Below are positions 3,956 through 6,935 of a stretch of 6,935 bases of DNA, piece after piece. Numbering within the stretch: the first letter of the stretch is position 1; every line of letters begins with the position of its first letter. A model generated the notes under the pieces. That model did not search any database and was not told the origin of the DNA. It saw only the letters and a list, made by a program, of their open reading frames with translations. The DNA comes from Candidatus Iainarchaeum sp. GTDB taxonomy: Archaea; Iainarchaeota; Iainarchaeia; Iainarchaeales; CSSED10-239. The stretch lies in assembly GCA_028693335.1 (NCBI GenBank), contig JAQUVR010000030.1, positions 1 to 6,935 of the forward strand, read 5' to 3'. A program made the translations under genes and the position numbers.

Positions 3956-6865
3956 TTAAATTTTAATATAGACTCATTAGTCATAAGCACAGAATCAGAA
4001 AACACTTATGCATCATTACAATATGGAAACTATTATGATAATGTTTCATTAAGGTTAGGCTTTAGAGCATCAGATTTAACATATGGGCAAAACATACCAG
4101 TAGTGATTACTCCAAAGATTTATGGAATCTCAGATAATGGCCAAATGCAATATCTTTATTCAGCACCACCAGTATACTATACTTTGTATAATACATCTAC
4201 TCAAGAATATTATTATCCAAACATATTCTATTTACAACCACCATATACTGGTTATCAAGTACTAATTGATGCACAAACATTAGTTCCTGCAAATATTTAT
4301 TATGGAGTAAATAATGCTTATGTTTATGTTTCTGGATATCCAACATATTATTATCCAGCAGAGCCAAATGATCCAGATCCAAGTGATCCACAATACCCAG
4401 AAAATGATTGTTTTAATATGAGTTTATCTGGTCAAGGTTCTTTTTATATAAATGAAGATCAAGAAAAGGAATATAGGTTGTATATTGCAAACAACTCTAG
4501 TTTACCATTAACAATTCAATCAGTAACAACAACAAACCCATCAAGATTAGATATAGATGATATTTCTTATCCGCACACAATTTCTGCAAATCAAACAAGA
4601 TATGCTCAAATAGATTTGATTGCTGATTTAGTAAGTAGTAATTATTCTTCATTTTTTGATATTATTGTAAAAGGAAATTATCCTGATGGAACAGTATGTC
4701 AAAAAGCATTTACTGTTGACTATACAATAAATGATAGAAGTTCAAATAATTCAGGAGATTGTTCTGATCTTATCTTAAATGATTTTGAATTTACATTAAA
4801 TGAATTTCAAAATCTTACTCAAGAAATAAGAATTAAGAATGAATCATTAGATTACGAATATGTAATAGATTCAGTAAATATTTATGATGATAGTTATGTT
4901 TCAACAAATGTAATTGATTACCCAAGAAGAATCTATACTAATCAAGCAGACTATTTAAAAATAAAATTTGAAGCAGAAGATATAACAAGAGATCTTACAA
5001 GAAACCTAGATTTAAGAGTAAATGGATATTTGAGAAGATCAGGAAGAGAAGATAAAAGATGTAATATTAGATCAAATATAAAAATAAATTTAATTGATCA
5101 AGGAAGTGTAAACTATTCTCCTGCAACAAGCTGTAGCAACATAAAAATATTTGCACCAAATATTTCACAATTAGAAAACACATTATCAAATTATGGAAAA
5201 GACAATGGTTTTTTTATAGTTAATAATTCTAATCAAAAATTTACAATAAGTTATCTTTTAGTAAACGATAACACTAGTTATGCTGATTTAAAAGTAAATA
5301 ATTATAGTTCAATGATATATCCATCAGCAACATTACCAATAAACTTTGAATTAACAACAACAGAAGTAGCAACAACTCAAAGCACAAATGCAAAAGTTGA
5401 GGTTAGTGGAAGGTTTGATGATGGAACTGTTTGTAATTATTCAAATATTAATAAAACCTTTACAATAAACATTCTAGATTCACAAGACAATTATTGTGGA
5501 TCTGTTGGAGTTTTATCTCAAAGGGTTAATGAAGGAAGATCTGATGTTGTTTTGTTTAATAATACTAATAAAAAATTCTATGTAACCAATATATTATTTC
5601 AAGAAAAATATAAACTAGATGCAAGAGTTGATACTTCTCAACACACAATCTCAAAAAACAGTTCATTATCAATTCCAGTTAGTTTTACAGGAGATGGTTC
5701 CTTACAAATGATTGTTTCAGGGAAATTTGAGGATGGCAAAGCATGTAATTATACTCAAACAACACCTGGTATTTTAAGTGTTAGTGGAAATATAAATAAT
5801 TCAACCTATAATTTTTCAGAAAATAATTGTTCATTAGATCTTACAATTCCAAATATTTATGAAATTGATGATGCTATAGAAAAATATGTTTTAACTGTAA
5901 AAAACTATAGTAAAAATTCAGGAAAAATAGTAATCTATAGTAATGGAGCAACCATTAACCCTGCAATTATTTATTTAGACGGTTATGATAATTTTAATCA
6001 AGAACTAACATTGTCAAACTTTAGTAATCCAACAGCAGTAAACTATTCTGTACAATTAAATAACTGTAATGCTTTTTTAAGAAATACAACACTTGCAAAT
6101 AAATTAATTACAGAAAACAGAATAGAACTAGTATCTTATCCACAAAAATACACACCAGTAAATTCTATGATCGCATTTAGTGTTTTATTAAAAAATGATT
6201 TTTCAGAAAATAAAAATCTATTAATAAAATTAGGTGGCTTTCCTAACAATTGGCAAACAGATTCAAAAAATATAACTGTTAGTTCCAGAAGTACAGAAAG
6301 TATAACCTTAACCGGAACAATACCACAAGATGTTATTGGTGTTTATGATGGGCATATAGAAGTTTATGAAAATAATTTGTTAATCGAAAGTAAGCCAATT
6401 ACAATTGATCTAACCATAAAAGATGCCGATCTTTCTGTTGATAATAAAAAAATAGATTCTATAAGTAAATCAAATGGATATCAATTAAAATTTGATTTGA
6501 CAAACAATACAGAATTTAGAAAAGATGTTATAATTAGTTTTGATCTTGATAATTCTTGGGTAATTGATGGAGAAAAAAATATTGAACTATTACCAAAAGA
6601 AAAAAAAGAAATTATATTTAAGTTAATGCCAACAACAAAAAAAGAAGATCAAAGTTTTAGACTGATCTTTAAAGAAAAAGGTACTGATAAAATTTTATTA
6701 GAAGAAAATATTTTATTAGAACAAAAGAAAGATACCTTTGGCCTTACTGGTTTTTTAACTTTGGGGCTTAATAGTTGGATTGGTTTTTTAGTTTTAATAA
6801 TTATTGTTATTATAGTAATTATTTATATTTTAAAAAAAAAGAAAAAGAAAAAAATATTTATTTAA
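3884..6865 (+). CDS. Large secreted, heavily sequon-decorated multi-domain cell-surface protein (S-layer/adhesin-like) with a C-terminal tripartite anchor or sorting signal
   Basis: Uninterrupted 993-aa ORF with an N-terminal signal peptide and beta-strand-like alternating hydrophobic patterns throughout. I hand-counted 30 N-x-S/T sequons (x not Pro). There are 10 Cys residues, all in regular pairs, and a C-terminal TM helix plus K7 tail. Confidence 0.9.
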   Translation: MNKRNMFLAIIALIFISILNPINALNFNIDSLVISTESENTYASLQYGNYYDNVSLRLGFRASDLTYGQNIPVVITPKIYGISDNGQMQYLYSAPPVYYTLYNTSTQEYYYPNIFYLQPPYTGYQVLIDAQTLVPANIYYGVNNAYVYVSGYPTYYYPAEPNDPDPSDPQYPENDCFNMSLSGQGSFYINEDQEKEYRLYIANNSSLPLTIQSVTTTNPSRLDIDDISYPHTISANQTRYAQIDLIADLVSSNYSSFFDIIVKGNYPDGTVCQKAFTVDYTINDRSSNNSGDCSDLILNDFEFTLNEFQNLTQEIRIKNESLDYEYVIDSVNIYDDSYVSTNVIDYPRRIYTNQADYLKIKFEAEDITRDLTRNLDLRVNGYLRRSGREDKRCNIRSNIKINLIDQGSVNYSPATSCSNIKIFAPNISQLENTLSNYGKDNGFFIVNNSNQKFTISYLLVNDNTSYADLKVNNYSSMIYPSATLPINFELTTTEVATTQSTNAKVEVSGRFDDGTVCNYSNINKTFTINILDSQDNYCGSVGVLSQRVNEGRSDVVLFNNTNKKFYVTNILFQEKYKLDARVDTSQHTISKNSSLSIPVSFTGDGSLQMIVSGKFEDGKACNYTQTTPGILSVSGNINNSTYNFSENNCSLDLTIPNIYEIDDAIEKYVLTVKNYSKNSGKIVIYSNGATINPAIIYLDGYDNFNQELTLSNFSNPTAVNYSVQLNNCNAFLRNTTLANKLITENRIELVSYPQKYTPVNSMIAFSVLLKNDFSENKNLLIKLGGFPNNWQTDSKNITVSSRSTESITLTGTIPQDVIGVYDGHIEVYENNLLIESKPITIDLTIKDADLSVDNKKIDSISKSNGYQLKFDLTNNTEFRKDVIISFDLDNSWVIDGEKNIELLPKEKKEIIFKLMPTTKKEDQSFRLIFKEKGTDKILLEENILLEQKKDTFGLTGFLTLGLNSWIGFLVLIIIVIIVIIYILKKKKKKKIFI
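4151..4408 (+). other. Tyr/Pro-rich low-complexity segment ending in an acidic Pro-Asp linker
   Basis: Residues 90-171 contain 20 Tyr in 82 residues (YYY at 109-111 and 155-157), and residues 90-175 contain 13 Pro. The segment ends PAEPNDPDPSDPQYPEND immediately before the first Cys-bracketed module. Confidence 0.8.
4409..6067 (+). repeat. Five tandem, highly diverged protein modules of about 111-124 aa, each bracketed by one Cys pair (predicted disulfide-stapled Ig-like beta-sandwiches)
   Basis: Cys residues sit at 176/272, 293/393, 417/517, 538/621 and 649/728, with TGT codons at nt 4409, 4697, 4760, 5060, 5132, 5432, 5495, 5744, 5828 and 6065. In modules 1, 3 and 4 the second Cys lies in a recurring motif: KGNYPDGTVC, SGRFDDGTVC, SGKFEDGKAC. 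Each module has a core of the type x-I/V-x-N-x-S-x-x-x-hydrophobic-x-I. The repeat is visible at protein level only; there is no DNA-level repeat. Confidence 0.7.
6107..6724 (+). other. Two Cys-free CARDB/NEW3-like beta-sandwich domains
   Basis: LIKLGGFPNNWQTDSKNITVSSRSTESITLTGTIPQDVIGVYDGHIEVY and ISFDLDNSWVIDGEKNIELLPKEKKEIIFKLMPTTKKEDQSFRLIF both follow the pattern P/D-x-x-W-...-I-x-L-x-P/S-x-x-x-x-I-x-L/F-x-x-x-P. That pattern is typical of CARDB/NPCBM-associated NEW3-type domains in archaeal surface proteins. Pattern-level call only. Confidence 0.4.
6740..6862 (+). other. C-terminal tripartite element: GLTGF motif, about 26-residue TM helix, K7 basic cluster (candidate archaeosortase recognition signal)
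   Basis: The C-terminus reads DTF-GLTGF-LTLGLNSWIGFLVLIIIVIIVIIYIL-KKKKKKK-IFI-stop. Its layout matches PGF-CTERM/PEP-CTERM-type signals: short signature motif, hydrophobic helix, then a basic tail at the extreme C-terminus. The signature is TGF rather than PGF. Confidence 0.5.
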
Positions 6866-6935
6866 ATTAAAATAACTAGAATAAAATTAATTTGTTCTGG
6901 TTAATACACGAAACAAACCTTTAAATACAAATTTT

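Noticed and set aside
4197-4391. 64-aa ORF on the minus strand inside the surface-protein gene
   Set aside because: It overlaps the Tyr-rich segment. TAT/TAC codons have no stop in the reverse complement, so an open antisense frame is expected by chance.
6866-6935. Possible C-terminal tail of a minus-strand gene entering from the right edge (KFVFKGLFRVLTRTN-stop in one frame)
   Set aside because: Only 15 codons are visible with no recognisable motif, so it cannot be distinguished from non-coding sequence.
1-6935. Looked for tRNA/rRNA-like GC-rich islands, CRISPR-style direct repeats, IS or terminal inverted repeats, and signs of stop-codon reassignment
   Set aside because: There is no GC-rich structured segment in any spacer and no periodic DNA repeat. 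No transposase or integrase-like ORF is present. All ORFs close with standard stops (TAA, TAG, TGA) and have no in-frame stops that would need recoding.

Overview
AT-rich (roughly 70-75% A+T by eye), very tightly packed window read with the standard genetic code. It looks like a small-genome archaeon. S8e, a KEOPS Cgi121-like protein and XPF are archaeal/eukaryotic-type genes; a DPANN-type lineage is my inference. The left half is mostly housekeeping: the 3' tail of a RelE/YafQ-like toxin (1-177), a short-form XPF/ERCC4 nuclease (184-855), a Cgi121-like gene (858-1379, minus) and ribosomal protein S8e (1449-1844). The right half is a candidate cell-surface module. It starts with a half-size archaeosortase/exosortase-family membrane protein carrying the Cys/Arg/His signature (1985-2434, 5' end unresolved). 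A 276-aa basic orphan (2437-3267) is translationally coupled to it, followed by a convergent 127-aa coiled-coil orphan (3270-3653, minus). The module ends with a 993-aa secreted, sequon-rich surface protein (3884-6865). That protein has a Tyr/Pro-rich segment, five Cys-bracketed modules of about 120 aa, two CARDB/NEW3-like domains and a C-terminal GLTGF + TM + poly-Lys tail. The tail resembles a non-canonical archaeosortase sorting signal. I saw no rRNA, tRNA, CRISPR array or mobile element. All family calls come from motif recognition by eye, with no searches run.
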